From Octopus sinensis (lineage: Eukaryota), in the NCBI RefSeq assembly GCF_006345805.1, contig NC_043003.1, positions 73,470,001 to 73,534,000 on the forward strand: a stretch of DNA of 64,000 nucleotides. Reading direction: 5' to 3'. The notes under the pieces are model-generated. The model was not told the DNA's origin. It did no database searches and was given only the letters and a program-made list of their open reading frames with translations. Position numbers and translations under genes: made by a program. Shown here one piece after another: positions 39,701 through 51,648 of this stretch. Every line of letters starts with the position of its first letter. The stretch's first letter is position 1.

Positions 39701-40171
39701 TATATAACAATGTATAAGCGGATATATGTCTTCTATACCAACACATATTCTTTCTTCTCCTTCCTTTCCCTATTTCTGTTCTGTATTAATTGAAAATAAC
39801 AGCATGAATTTGCCTTGTCTATCGATCTTTTGGCAAACTGAATCATGTTGACAGGATGGTCTTGTTGAAATATAATAACCCAAAAACACCATTCCTGTGT
39901 TGTTGTTAAATTGATCTCTGTGCGCAAACAACCACTATTTACTCCTGTCCTCGACCATCAATATCATTAAACACCACGTGATATTTGAACAGTTACCAAG
40001 AAATAACACACCTTACAAAACTTCGGAACCATTTCGCAAACATAAATTTAATGGAAAATTTAATGAATTCCTGAATGATTTCAGCGATGGATACGTGATG
40101 GTGTATAGTAAAGAATAGACGTTGTAAGACAAACACGCACACACATATATATATGTATATATGTATATATG

Positions 40172-40236
<65 letters not shown>

Positions 40237-40288
40237 GTATATATGTACATACACTTATGTATGCTTGTGTATGGGTGTGAGTATATAT

Positions 40289-40336
<48 letters not shown>

Positions 40337-41063
40337 TATGTGTGAGTACTATATGTAAGCATATGTGAATCACGTTTGTACACTGCAGCTGGTCTTTTTA
40401 TATTGTAAAGTGAAATTCGTATTTCTTGGAGTGAATTTATTTTCTTCTTCTGGCTTTCAAGATACTTTTCATACATGAATTGGGGAAACAGGATATAATG
40501 TTATTCATGCCTTTCCAAACAACAATGTGACATAAAAATATAATAATTCATTTGCTGTTACAAGCCAGACCGCCGTTCCTGAACATTAGTCTTGATTTTC
40601 ATATTACACCTAAATTAAGAGAATATTACACACACACTTTTGTGATAAGAGTTTGTATGAGAAAGAAGCAGACCGTCGTGTGAAATACCAAGTTGTGAGG
40701 CATTATGCATTCTAGAAATTTAATCCTGGAAGGATAAACTTCGGTTATCATATTTGTGTGGTAAGTTACATTTATCTACATGAATTCAGGCTGAAAACGT
40801 ATTGGGTGCGTAATTCGGAAGTTAGTACATGTGATTTTAGACTTATAGCTTAGGATTGTTAATATGATCCAAAGAAGGTTTAAAGTTTTTTTCTGCCTGG
40901 TCTTTGAATGACATTAGATTTTTCCAGTCTGGTACAATCCCTATTGTATTATTACCAGGACTGAGCTTTGTGGATAATGCTCTTCACTCCTTCATCGAGA
41001 TAACAGCGTATATATATATATATATATATACTTTATTTTAAGCAGCAGAAAATTCAACAAAAT

Positions 41064-41101
41064 CTGTTACTCTGAGTTTCTCGTTGCCGTTCATCAGACA
41101 G
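41064..41101 (-). ncRNA. Minimal type I hammerhead ribozyme motif, left arm
   Basis: Exact reverse complement of 44730-44767. Confidence 0.75.
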
Positions 41102-42068
41102 TTCTTGCTAGAATGGAACATATATATTAATTCAATCTATACTCTTACAAACGCTACACCTTTAAAAAGAAATGGACTTGTTTGATTGGCCCTTTAGAAA
41201 AAACGGTCAATCTTCGAGCGATAAACAAAAAGTTCAAAAATATATGTATATATATATAAAAACTTATAAAAATTATAAAATCCGAGGAAAATACCGAGGA
41301 AAAAACCTGTTGCCGTTAATGAAGACAGTACAAATTAATGCATAGAAAAACCTGTTATAAATACTGCAATACATATTTATATTAAAATCCACATATATAT
41401 ATCAACATACACAAAAGGATCGCGTAAACGCCATACATACATATACAGACGTATGAATATGAATCTAAATTATACACATAAAAGCATGTGTACATATATT
41501 CACGCAAAACGTCTCGCACGCAAGCTAAAATTCATCTATGTAGCAATTCTCATATACTGAGCAAGGAGGGGGAACGAAAGAAAGGGAAAGAGAGAAAAAG
41601 GAACGAAGGAGGGGTGGGGAAAAAAATTTGTAGCGATGTTTATTGGCATCTATAGAGGCCAGTATACATACACAAGTTTGAATCGATACATATACATACC
41701 GTCGTGTGTATGCGTGCTTAAGCACAAGCATACTTTCACTTACACATACACAGATACGTATGCTTACAAATACATATGCTTTGCTATACACAAACTTATA
41801 TAAACATTCTAAATTTGACAACATTGCTTTTTTTATATAAAAAAAAAAAAACATTGCTTTTAAAAATTCGGTGTGCATTAATAAAAAATATTACGAAAGA
41901 CCTATAAAATAAAATATAACATCCTATTTTGGGTCATTTATAAATAATCAAGGTAATATAAATAATCAAGGTAATTTTGCAATACAATAACATGAAAACA
42001 AAGTTTGTAGGTTTTTCCTAATTATATGTAGAAACAATAAGACTTTGCTATAAGGTCCGTTGCAGCGC

Positions 42069-43830
42069 TCAGATCAAAATCAAAATCAAAAAATCAAAAT
42101 ACAAAATATATACTCTATCCATATGGTATTTTATATTCGACATTTTAAATTTAGCCTTGTGCCTACATAAGTTCATTAATTCACTTCTTTGATTCAAAGA
42201 ATTATTGTCTTTGAATAATATATGCATTTTTTCTAATAAGCAAAGCTTGCACTTGAAATTATATTTGTAAGCTCCATGCCTGTATGGTGCCGCCCTGTCC
42301 AGAATGCTCCATGTCACGTTGAAAGGTGGGGCTTCCTTTTCTTTTAGTTCCCAGACATATTTTGCTAGGCTGGTTTTCTTTCTATTCTCTGGGTATTTAA
42401 AAGAATTCTTATGAGAATAAAATCTGTTTTAAATGAATTTTCTGAAGCCCCTGTGTATGTCTTGTATTCTGATGAGCCTTCCACTTGCACCTTGGCTCTA
42501 TAAACTACTCCTTTCACTAGACATTTCCCTTCTAACGGACAGGAGCTTTCGTTTTTGAAATTACATTTCTTAATGGGCTCGGCACCATGTCTAATCTCAA
42601 TTAGCTTCCTATTATGTTGGCTAATGTAAGAGGCGAAATTTCTCTGCAACAAGAATAGCTAACCTTCAGGGTTCTTCTATTAAATATTCTGTAGAATTTA
42701 TGACCCTGCCTAAAATGCTTAGAGACTAATCTCAAAAATTCCTTACCTATATTAGTCTTTACGGCAAATTGAAAGCCGGGTTGAACCACAAAACTTTCCT
42801 AGTCCTAGTTCTTCGTGCAGCATTATTATTAGCATTAAGCTGGTTGAACTGGATCTTCTCCGAGAATCCACTATTCTTTAATGCGCTATCGTAATAGGTG
42901 CAGCATTATGGAATGCTGCCTCGTCCGAAGAAATTGAAGATATTCTTCTACCTACATTGCTGACTAAGTTGCTAAGGATAACTGGTGGATGGTTCGAATC
43001 TTTGCTAATATACGATAGCTTTTCATTGGGCTTACGGAAAGGTTTAAATCTATCCGATCTTACATTAAAATTTACGTCTAAAAAATCTACACTATTCAGG
43101 TTAGTATCTATCGTAATCCGTAAGCCCATCCTTTGAAAGAAAGCTATAAGGTCCTTCCTAAGTCTATCTGATTCATGGCCGTTTAGATTATGCGTGGCTA
43201 TAAGGCCGTCATCCCTATATAGACCTGCATCTATAAATGGAATTCTATTTTTAGATTATGGAGAATAAAGGCTCCTATGAGCATACATAATTCAGCCCCG
43301 TCGTATGCCCCCATCGGTACATCGAAAAGAGAATCCTCAGTCTTCTTAATCCAGGTGGAATCCTCGAAAAACAGAAGCGATTTCCTCGCATGCATAATAA
43401 TTTCAATTTCCGAGCTATCGATGTTGACATACTACTTGGCGAAGTCCAATGCCCTTAGGAGCAACGTCCTAGATATCGACGGGTAAAAGTCAATAATGTC
43501 GAATTGTGTGAACTACAATTATTCTTATAGCTAATACCTTTAAACCACTCTATAACTGACTTACTATTCTTCCAATTCTCAAGTCTACTTCACTATCTAA
43601 TTTAACTAAAATACGGTCTAAAATATTTTTGCTAATAATTCCTATCTCAGTTTTAGCCGGATTTACCAATCTACATTTGGGGTTTCTACTAAAATTGTCT
43701 TTATGGTCTTTCAGAGTAATAAAAGCTGGTCGTGGTGAAAGGTATTCAATCCTATCGCTAATCTAAGATCGTTAGCTATTCCTCTTGCTTCTAAGTTCAC
43801 CTCTTTGTATATATTCGTGTTGTCTTTTTT
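42069..43830 (-). pseudogene. PLE RT plus GIY-YIG endonuclease ORF, frameshifted and 5'-truncated
   Basis: ORF pieces 42878-43129, 42601-42789, 42365-42652 and 42069-42317, plus manual reading to ~43830. Confidence 0.9.
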
Positions 43831-44729
43831 GTACGTTTGTTTTCATGTTATTGTATTGCATAAGATTACCTTGATTATTTATATTACCTTGATTATTTAT
43901 AAATGACCCAAAATAGGATGTTATATTTTATTTTATAGGTCTTTCGTATATATTTTTATTAATGCACCGAATTTTTAAAAGCAATGTTTTTTTTATATAA
44001 AAAAAGCAATGTTGTCAAATTTAGAATGTTTATATAAGTTTGTGTATAGCAAAGCATATGTATTTGTAAGCATACGTATCTGTGTATGTGTAAGTGAAAG
44101 TATGCTTGTGCTAAGCACGCATACACACGACGGTATGTATATGTATCGATTCAACTTGTGTATGTATACTGGCCTCTATAGATGCCAAATAACATCGCTA
44201 CAAATTTTTTTCCCCACCCCTCCTTCGTTCCTTTTTCTCTCTTTCCCTTTCTTTCGTTCCCCTCCTTGCTCAGTATATGAGAATTGCTACATAGATGAAT
44301 TTTAGCTTGCGTGCGAGACGTTTTGCGTGAATATATGTACACATGCTTTTATGTGTATAATTTAGATTCATATTCATACGTCTGTATATGTATGTATGGC
44401 GTTTACGCGCATCCTTTTGTGTATGTTGATATATATATGTGGATTTTAATATAAATATGTATTGCAGTATTTAACAGGTTTAATTTCTATGCATTAATTT
44501 GTACTGTCTTCATTAACGGCAACAGGTTTTTTCCTCGGTATTTTCCTCGGATTTTATAATTTTTATAAGTTTTTTATATATATACATATATTTTTGAACT
44601 TTTTGTTTATCGCTCGAAGATTGACCGTTTTTTCTAAAGGGCCAATCAAACAAGTCCATTTCTTTTTAAAGGTGTAGCGTTTGTAAGAGTATAGATTGAA
44701 TTAATATATATGTTCCATTCTAGCAAGAA

Positions 44730-44767
44730 CTGTCTGATGAACGGCAACGAGAAACTCAGAGTAACAG
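44730..44767 (+). ncRNA. Minimal type I hammerhead ribozyme motif, right arm
   Basis: CTGT-CTGATGA-A-CG-GCAA-CG-A-GAAA-CTC-A-GAG-TA|ACAG: 4-bp stem I, canonical core, GNRA-capped stem II with an A-A mismatch at its base, palindromic stem III, predicted cut after GUA at 44763. Confidence 0.75.
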
Positions 44768-44975
44768 ATTTTGTTGAATTTTCTGCTGCTTAAAATAAAG
44801 CATATTACTCTACCACTGGTATTGAGTACTCTTTTTTCCACCTTGTTTCACATTTATGTGTTTACTCCGGGTATATCTATTATATATATATATATATATA
44901 TATACAGAGCGAGAGAGAGACATATACATATACACACATACATACATGTATATATATATATCTATATCTATATCT

Positions 44976-45016
<41 letters not shown>

Positions 45017-45058
45017 ATATATATATATAATATAATGATATATTTCTGAAAAACACTT

Positions 45059-45210
45059 GATTCGTATTCTGTGTTATTCCAAGTTTCAAAGCCCATAATG
45101 GAGCCCCTCCTCAGACCGGACAGAATCTGAATTCGAATTTTGAATCTGCTTCAAACTCTGACTGGCCCGAGGAAAAGCTTCGAAACTTGAAGTAGCACGG
45201 AATCCGAATT
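45059..45210. mobile_element. Miniature foldback made of two outward-facing decayed hammerhead motifs
   Basis: gattcgtattctgtgttattccaagtttcaaagc pairs imperfectly with gcttcgaaacttgaagtagcacggaatccgaatt, and cctcagaccggacaga with tctgactggcccgagg. Cores are CTGAGGA (minus, 45108-45114) and CCGAGGA (plus, 45167-45173). Confidence 0.65.
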
Positions 45211-45281
45211 AAACTGTTTTGAATAATACATGTAAGATCCAATAAAGTGTTGAACGCTCTTTCTTTCGTCTGTCCCTCCAC

Positions 45282-45303
45282 AACACACACACACACACAC
45301 ACA

Positions 45304-45349
<46 letters not shown>

Positions 45350-45353
45350 CACA

Positions 45354-45386
<33 letters not shown>

Positions 45387-45420
45387 CGCTCGCACACATA
45401 TTTACTCACACACACATATA
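45282..45420. repeat. (CA)n microsatellite
   Basis: Direct reading. Confidence 0.95.
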
Positions 45421-46369
45421 TAGCAAGATAGATGGATAGATGTACATAGAGACATATAATTGTATGTATATACGACCCCTACCCGCACACACACACATTG
45501 TGGTGCATAACACATGCGTATACCAGCCGAGTTGTGATAAATTTAAACGTTACGTAGCTTCATAGTGGGCTAAAAAAGAAAGTAAACATATTCTATCTTA
45601 CTGATGTGCAGAAGTAAGAGAAAGGAGAGAATCAACAAGAGGAGAGTGATTGGGAGAGAGAGGAGATAGGGAGAGAAAGAGAGAGAGTGTGTGTTTGTGA
45701 GAGATGTGGGGAGTCTGGGAGACAAAAACAGACAGTGGAAAGAAAACAGAAAGGGAGAAAAAGAGTTAAACAAGGTATAGAAAACGGAAGAACAGTCATT
45801 AAGAGATATTGTAGAGATTGAGTCAAAATGGTGAAAGTTCACAACACAAACAACAACCTTATCACAAAGTCTGGATCGAAATAATAGGGAGAAGAAAACA
45901 TAAGTAGAGGAAAAAACAGCAAAAGAATAGAACCCCGAAAGAAACAGATACAATTTTCAAGTTTGTTGTGCAGTAAATAAGGACGATAACACAGGAGTAT
46001 AATTAGGAAAATTAGCGGGGTTGGTACAAATTAAGCGAGACAGAACAAGAAGTATACCGTAGCACGGAGAAAAATATATGACAAATTCTTAAATCTATAT
46101 ATTTAACACAAATAGATACAGAACAGAATTAGCTGTAGCAGTCTAGACACACCGAACAATTGGCTTAATATCAAACGATATCAAGCAGACTGTGAAATTC
46201 ATTGGATTGAAGGAAAAAAAAATCAAATAAACAGGAGATTAATGTACATAGAGGAAATACTGGAAGAAAGATGTATAAATTTCTTGTGGGAATTGGCTTT
46301 TATATATGCATGCGTGTTTGTGTGCTTCTGTGTGGCCACTACCTTACCATCTATATCTAGATAGTAAGA

Positions 46370-46627
46370 TAGTGTGTTCGATTCCTGTCCGCACATTGTT
46401 TCCTTGAGCAAGACATTTTATTTCTCAATGCTCCCCTCCACTGTGCTGGTAAACATGAGTTGTACCTGAAATCCAAAGGACTTACCTTGTCACACCGATC
46501 TCCCTGAGAACTGCGTTCAGGGTTGTGTCTGTGGAGTGCTCAGCCACTTGCACGTCAATTTCACGAGCAGGCTGTTCCGGTGATTGTAGCAACTGGAGCT
46601 TTACCACCGTCGTATCCGACAGAGAGC
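46370..46627 (-). mobile_element. tRNA-derived SINE-like repeat, reverse orientation
   Basis: gtgttcgattcctg..tccttgagcaagacatttta and a reversed head ggctctctgtcggatacgacgg; two pieces may be fused here. Confidence 0.55.
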
Positions 46628-46916
46628 CATACATACATACATACATACATACATACATAAATACATACATATTTGTATATATATATGATGTAATGTACTC
46701 ATTAATCTATTCAAGAATCCGCTGGAAACCGCTGTGATGAAGTGACGCTTATCCATCTTTCATTATTTATATGTTTGCATATATATTTTTTCAACAACAT
46801 TGAGGAACGGCCCCGATAGGCCATTCGACCCACTAGCAAGAGCAGCCAAGGCTCAAACCGCTAAATAGTAGTAATTCAGAAATTAAAGGAAAATTAAAAA
46901 ACATTTACCATATTTA

Positions 46917-47024
46917 TCTTTAGACAATGCATTGTTTCGACGTCCTTTATGGCAAACCAGACTAATTAAATTAAATTAAATTTAATGAAGTCAATTTACC
47001 AAAGGCCCGTCTCATCGGTAAAGA
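46917..47024 (-). ncRNA. Type I hammerhead motif with extended stem II, left arm
   Basis: TCTTTA-CCGATGA-GACG-(long insert)-CGTC-GAAA-CAATGCATTG-TC|TAAAGA: 6-bp stem I, U4C core variant, palindromic stem III ACAATGCATTGT, GUC triplet. Confidence 0.75.
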
Positions 47025-47291
47025 AGCTAGGAGGAATAGATATACAAGAGGCAGCAGCATTTGTGCCTCGGGAATATATACCCTAAATTTTCAAAACCAC
47101 CGTAATCGCGCCAGCTTATCAGCAGCAAATATAAACTGCTGATTCAATTTCAGAATTAGTCAGAAAATCATTAATTAATCAATACAAGGCTAGTAAAAAA
47201 TTCAATAGAATTACGGTGGTTTTGAAAATGTAGGGTATATATTCCCGAGGCACAAACGCTGCTGCCTCGTGTATATCTATTCCTCCTGGCT

Positions 47292-47391
47292 TCTTTACCG
47301 ATGAGACGGTAGATTGACTTGATTAAATTTAATTTAATTTAATTAGGCTGGTTTGCCATAAAGAACGTCGAAACGATGCATTGTCTAATGA
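47292..47391 (+). ncRNA. Type I hammerhead motif with extended stem II, right arm
   Basis: TCTTTA-CCGATGA-GACG..CGTC-GAAA-CGATGCATTG-TC|TAATGA: one stem I mismatch, ~8-nt deletion in stem II, predicted cut after 47385. Confidence 0.7.
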
Positions 47392-47639
47392 TAAATAGTG
47401 TAAATGTTTTTAAATTTTCCTTTAATTTCTGAATTACTACTATTTAGCTGTTTGAGTCTTGGCTGTTCTTTCTAGTGGGTCGAATGGCCTATCGGGGACG
47501 TTCCTCAATGTTGTTGAAATTATATACATAGTCTGTGACTATTTTCTCTTTCTCACTAGACCGCTGGTGGCAAAAAATGTCTATTGAATTTTTTACTACC
47601 CTTATATTGATTAATTTGTATATATATAGTTGAAATTTA

Positions 47640-47760
47640 CAGAAAAACAAAAGACGAAGACAGGTGTATGAAGAACGAGCAGGTATATTAGTTTGATGCT
47701 CGAGGATTTTAGAATGTGTTTTACGTTTTGGCTCTACGCTCTTCAATAGAAAGTAATAAA
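47640..47760 (-). repeat. Diverged copy of repeat family B
   Basis: aaaagacgaagacaggtgt..tattagt..ttttacgttttggctctacgctcttcaatagaaag resembles 15510-15608. Confidence 0.7.
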
Positions 47761-48384
47761 AGAAAAGAAAGAGAGATACGATAAAAAAAATGTGTATATC
47801 CATTTTATACTCTCTCATTCTTTCTATCAATTCTTAAAGCTAATTATCTGTTAATATATTTCTGCGTATATACATAAATCCACTCCTCTTCTTTATTTAT
47901 CTATTTCTATTTCATATGAGTTTTTCATGAAATCACCTTCCACAATATGAAAGAGAAAATCAAGAGTAAATAAATCTCCAGTTGTTAAATTGATTTATTT
48001 CCACTTTTACATCTCAAAGATTCACCTAGGATATACTTCAGCGTACAATCAATTTTCATATTATTCTTTAGTAGAGATAACATGTTCTCAAAACCTCTAT
48101 AAGTCTTCTTACGGCTGTATCAATCGCAGCAAACGGTTCGTAGCCATTGGCATCTCAATATTTGATTGTATAGCCATAAATACTTCCAGTACAATATTGG
48201 TAATTTTAGTCTGTTTTATATGTCAAACATATTAACACATGTGTGTACACACACACACATATATGTATATGGGTATACAGATATTTACATATAAACATTT
48301 CCAGAGAGAAAGGATATGTTCCTTGTTTGTTGATTCAGTCACAGTGCTTAGTACAACTGGCCGAGTTTCACTTTCGCACACACA

Positions 48385-48612
48385 CACACACACACACACA
48401 GTATTGATTTCAAATTTTGACACAAGGCCAGAAATTTCGGGGTTGTGGGAAATGAATTACATCGACCGCAGAGTTTAATTGGTATTCAGTTTATCGGTCC
48501 CGAATGGGATGAAAGGCAAAGTCGACCGGAGCGACTTGAACTCAGAACATGCAGACGGAAGGAATGCTGCTAAGAATTTTGCTCGCCCTGCTAACGATAC
48601 TGCCAGCAAGCG
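48385..48612 (-). mobile_element. Octopus-type tRNA-derived SINE
   Basis: Reverse of the family at 22415 (gatgaaaggcaaagtcgac..gaactcagaac..gctaacgatactgccagc). Confidence 0.82.
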
Positions 48613-49342
48613 GCGTTATACAAACACATTCTTACACACACACACACACAATATTAAATCAAAACTGCTTACTATTAAAATGAGATTTTGCTGGTCACTT
48701 AAAAAAAGAAATCTGACATTAATTTCATTTTAATGATGCTGCCTCCTTATGTCAAACACATGTATATATACCATTTGTTTGAGTTGTGGTCGTTAGTAGG
48801 GTGTTGTTTTCCCAGTCATTCTTAATAAGAGTGGTTCCGAAGAAACAACATCGGTTTTAAAAAACGTTTTTATATGAACATTCTTACTCACAATTCAGAA
48901 TATATGTCTCTATCTGCTTGTCTCTCTATCTAGTGTGTGTGTGTGTGTGTGTATGTGTGTGTGTGTGTGTGTCAGTTGGAAGTGTTTGTGTGTGTATTCA
49001 AACATAACTAAGTCTCAGTGTGTATAAACAAGACTGTAAACTTAGTGAATGTATTTTGAAATATAGTTTATACAATAAGCTTATCTGATTATCTTCAGTG
49101 CCTTTAGCACACAAAGTAAAATCAATTGATACTAAGATATCCGTACTTTACTTTGTGATTTTTGCGAAGGTAAGGAGCAATTTTTTCTTATATTCTCTAA
49201 GTTAACCGTGCGTGTTTATTTATAGTCAAATAATTGTGGCTTTTGGGGTATTGACTCCTATTTCTAGTAAAGCTGGTACATTTGGTACCTTAATTTTTAT
49301 ATATACATATTTTACCTATTTTGGCTAAACCTTGCTGACCGC

Positions 49343-49345
<3 letters not shown>

Positions 49346-49408
<63 letters not shown>

Positions 49409-49688
49409 TATTATTATTATTATTATTATTATTGAGTGAGAGAGCAGTTCATGCCATCAAAGTGACACTGGGGTAAAATATACGAAGCCCAATATACCCA
49501 TCATGACTACCCATCTGATAAGGGTACACCAGGCACATGCATCACAACCATATGTGCGCGACATGGTGATCTCATATCAAGATAAACAGCACATGACCTT
49601 GCTGGTGGGGCCCAGTTAGAATTTTCTTCAGGTTGAGTAGCCCATCCAGCTCAAAACGTCCCTGAATAAGGGTTGTTTAAGGATGTTG

Positions 49689-49730
<42 letters not shown>

Positions 49731-49810
49731 TATTATTATTATTATTATTATTATAATTACTATTATTATTATTATTATTGCTGTTGTTATTGTTGTTGTT
49801 GTTGTTATTA
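49346..49810. repeat. Repeat 'X' fragment (49433-49690) embedded in (ATT)n tracts
   Basis: Matches 21845-22090; (ATT)n lies on both sides. Confidence 0.88.
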
Positions 49811-51514
49811 TTTAATAAGCATATCTCATTAAACATTTTGTGTGCGTGCATACACACACATATAGAGGAGGAAATAGAGAGAGAGAGAGAGAGGATAAAA
49901 GAAACAGACAAAGGGACAGACAGTCGAACATACAGACTAACATACATACAGAGAGCAGAGAAAGGGAAGGAAAGAGAGGAAAAAGAGAAGGAAAGAGAGA
50001 GGATCTCATTCCCATTTTCATCTCTAAAAGATCCGGATACCCGTTTGCGAAGACCTTCAGCTTCCAAAGTACTCCATTTTTTACTCAATATTTTATCTCC
50101 GTTTTCGCATTTTACATCTTGTTGGCATTAACCTGATCGCACGAACACTCCATAAAAATATGTTAAGATATATAGCTAGCTACTTAGAATTAGAATGATA
50201 GGGCAAGATATAATTTTATGTCAGTCTCTCTCTCTCTTTTACTCGCATATATTTCCATAATTCATTCCGGATTCAAAGAAACCACTCATTTTTGAAAATA
50301 TTCGTGTTACTGTATTCAAACATACATAAACATACATAAACACATGCACCCCGCTATATATATATATGTATAATCACACACAGCCCTTTTTTGTTTGTGT
50401 ATGAATGAATATATGCATGCAGAATGAGACACGGGAAGAAAACGAGAGAGTAAATGAAAAAGACAGAATGTCTGAGTGTATTAAAAGAGGAATTGATAAT
50501 TTGTGTATGTAGTAATTTCAAATGTTAATGAATAAATGAAAGTGAGAAAGGAGACAACTAAAAGAAACAATATTTATCGAAGCAGTCTTGCTGTCTTCTA
50601 TGTGTAATGTGTTAGGTGTTGATAGTTTAATGACTGTAAAATGAAACATTGTGTGCATTTTATCAATGCCGTTGCAGTGAATGGTGGAGGCAGATACTGT
50701 GTGTTAGTTTTGTTCGCATATTTACCATAGTATATCTTTAAAGCAAAGCAAGGTCTTGTATTTGGTTTCTGTAAATTGCAACAGAAGTTATAACGTTGAT
50801 ATGGTTAGGAAAGGATGGAATTACATAGCAAAATTATCACGATGATAGCGATAATCACGTTGATGGTAATGGTGATGAAGATAGCTGTAAATTTATAACT
50901 TTAATTGGAATCATAATGATGCAATGCTAGCTTCAGGACAGATGCTGATCAAATTATTCCATGTTTGTTGTATTAATTTGAATAATATAACTGATGGGCA
51001 TAGATATGGATGTGTAAGTAGAGACTCTAAATTGCCATTTGTAATGTGTAAGAATATTTTTTGCCCATTTATTTTTTCGAATCATGGCGCTGTTTTCTAA
51101 GAAATTTTAATCACGTACGTTTGAATGATTTTTTGTAAATAATTTACATGTGTTTAACGCTTCAGTGCATTCTATAGAAGACTGTATGCAATAAGGGTAT
51201 TTGTAAAATGAAATAATATTACATAAAAAAATCTTTAAGGTTGATTGTGGAGTTTACTTTATAAATAGGAATGACAGTATCTATTCTGAAGTTAAGCATG
51301 ACAGAAGAATTGTTATTAATCAGTTTAGGAGGTTTATGCATTATACATATTAGCATGCATGCATAAACACATAGAAGCATACAAGATGTTACTGTCAACA
51401 ACGGTTGTTCACGAGATTTTCGAAAGTTCTCAACAAATATTTCGACGTAAATAAACCTGTCAGGCATCAATTGCAGGCGCATACAAAAACACAGACATAC
51501 AGAGACACGGGCAG

Positions 51515-51648
51515 ACAGACAGACAGACACACACACACACACGCACACACGCACACAAACATACGCACACACACACACGCACACACACACACACACACAC
51601 GCACACACACGCATACCTACACACACACACACACACGCACACACACAG
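51515..51648. repeat. (CA)n microsatellite
   Basis: Direct reading. Confidence 0.93.

Larger units (their letters stand above)
41031..44800 (-). mobile_element. 5'-truncated Penelope-like element with ~970-bp inverted terminal repeats
   Basis: 41031-42002 is the near-identical reverse complement of 43837-44800. The interior encodes FITLKDHK, MGAYDGAELC, LYRDDGL, DFLDV, SNHPP, KTNIGKEFL, CPLEGKCL..VVY..YTG and CKLCLLEK..CRHK on the minus strand. Confidence 0.93.
46789..47519. mobile_element. Foldback element: ~315-bp inverted arms and ~103-bp spacer, with a hammerhead in each arm
   Basis: 46789-47106 is the imperfect reverse complement of 47210-47519 (tttcaacaacattgaggaac..accgtaat versus attacggt..gttcctcaatgttgttgaaa). 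Confidence 0.92.

Noticed and set aside
40935-41008. Possible exon after ttagatttttccag
   Set aside because: Weak donor running into (TA)n; one frame (VWYNP) could equally be a PLE relic.
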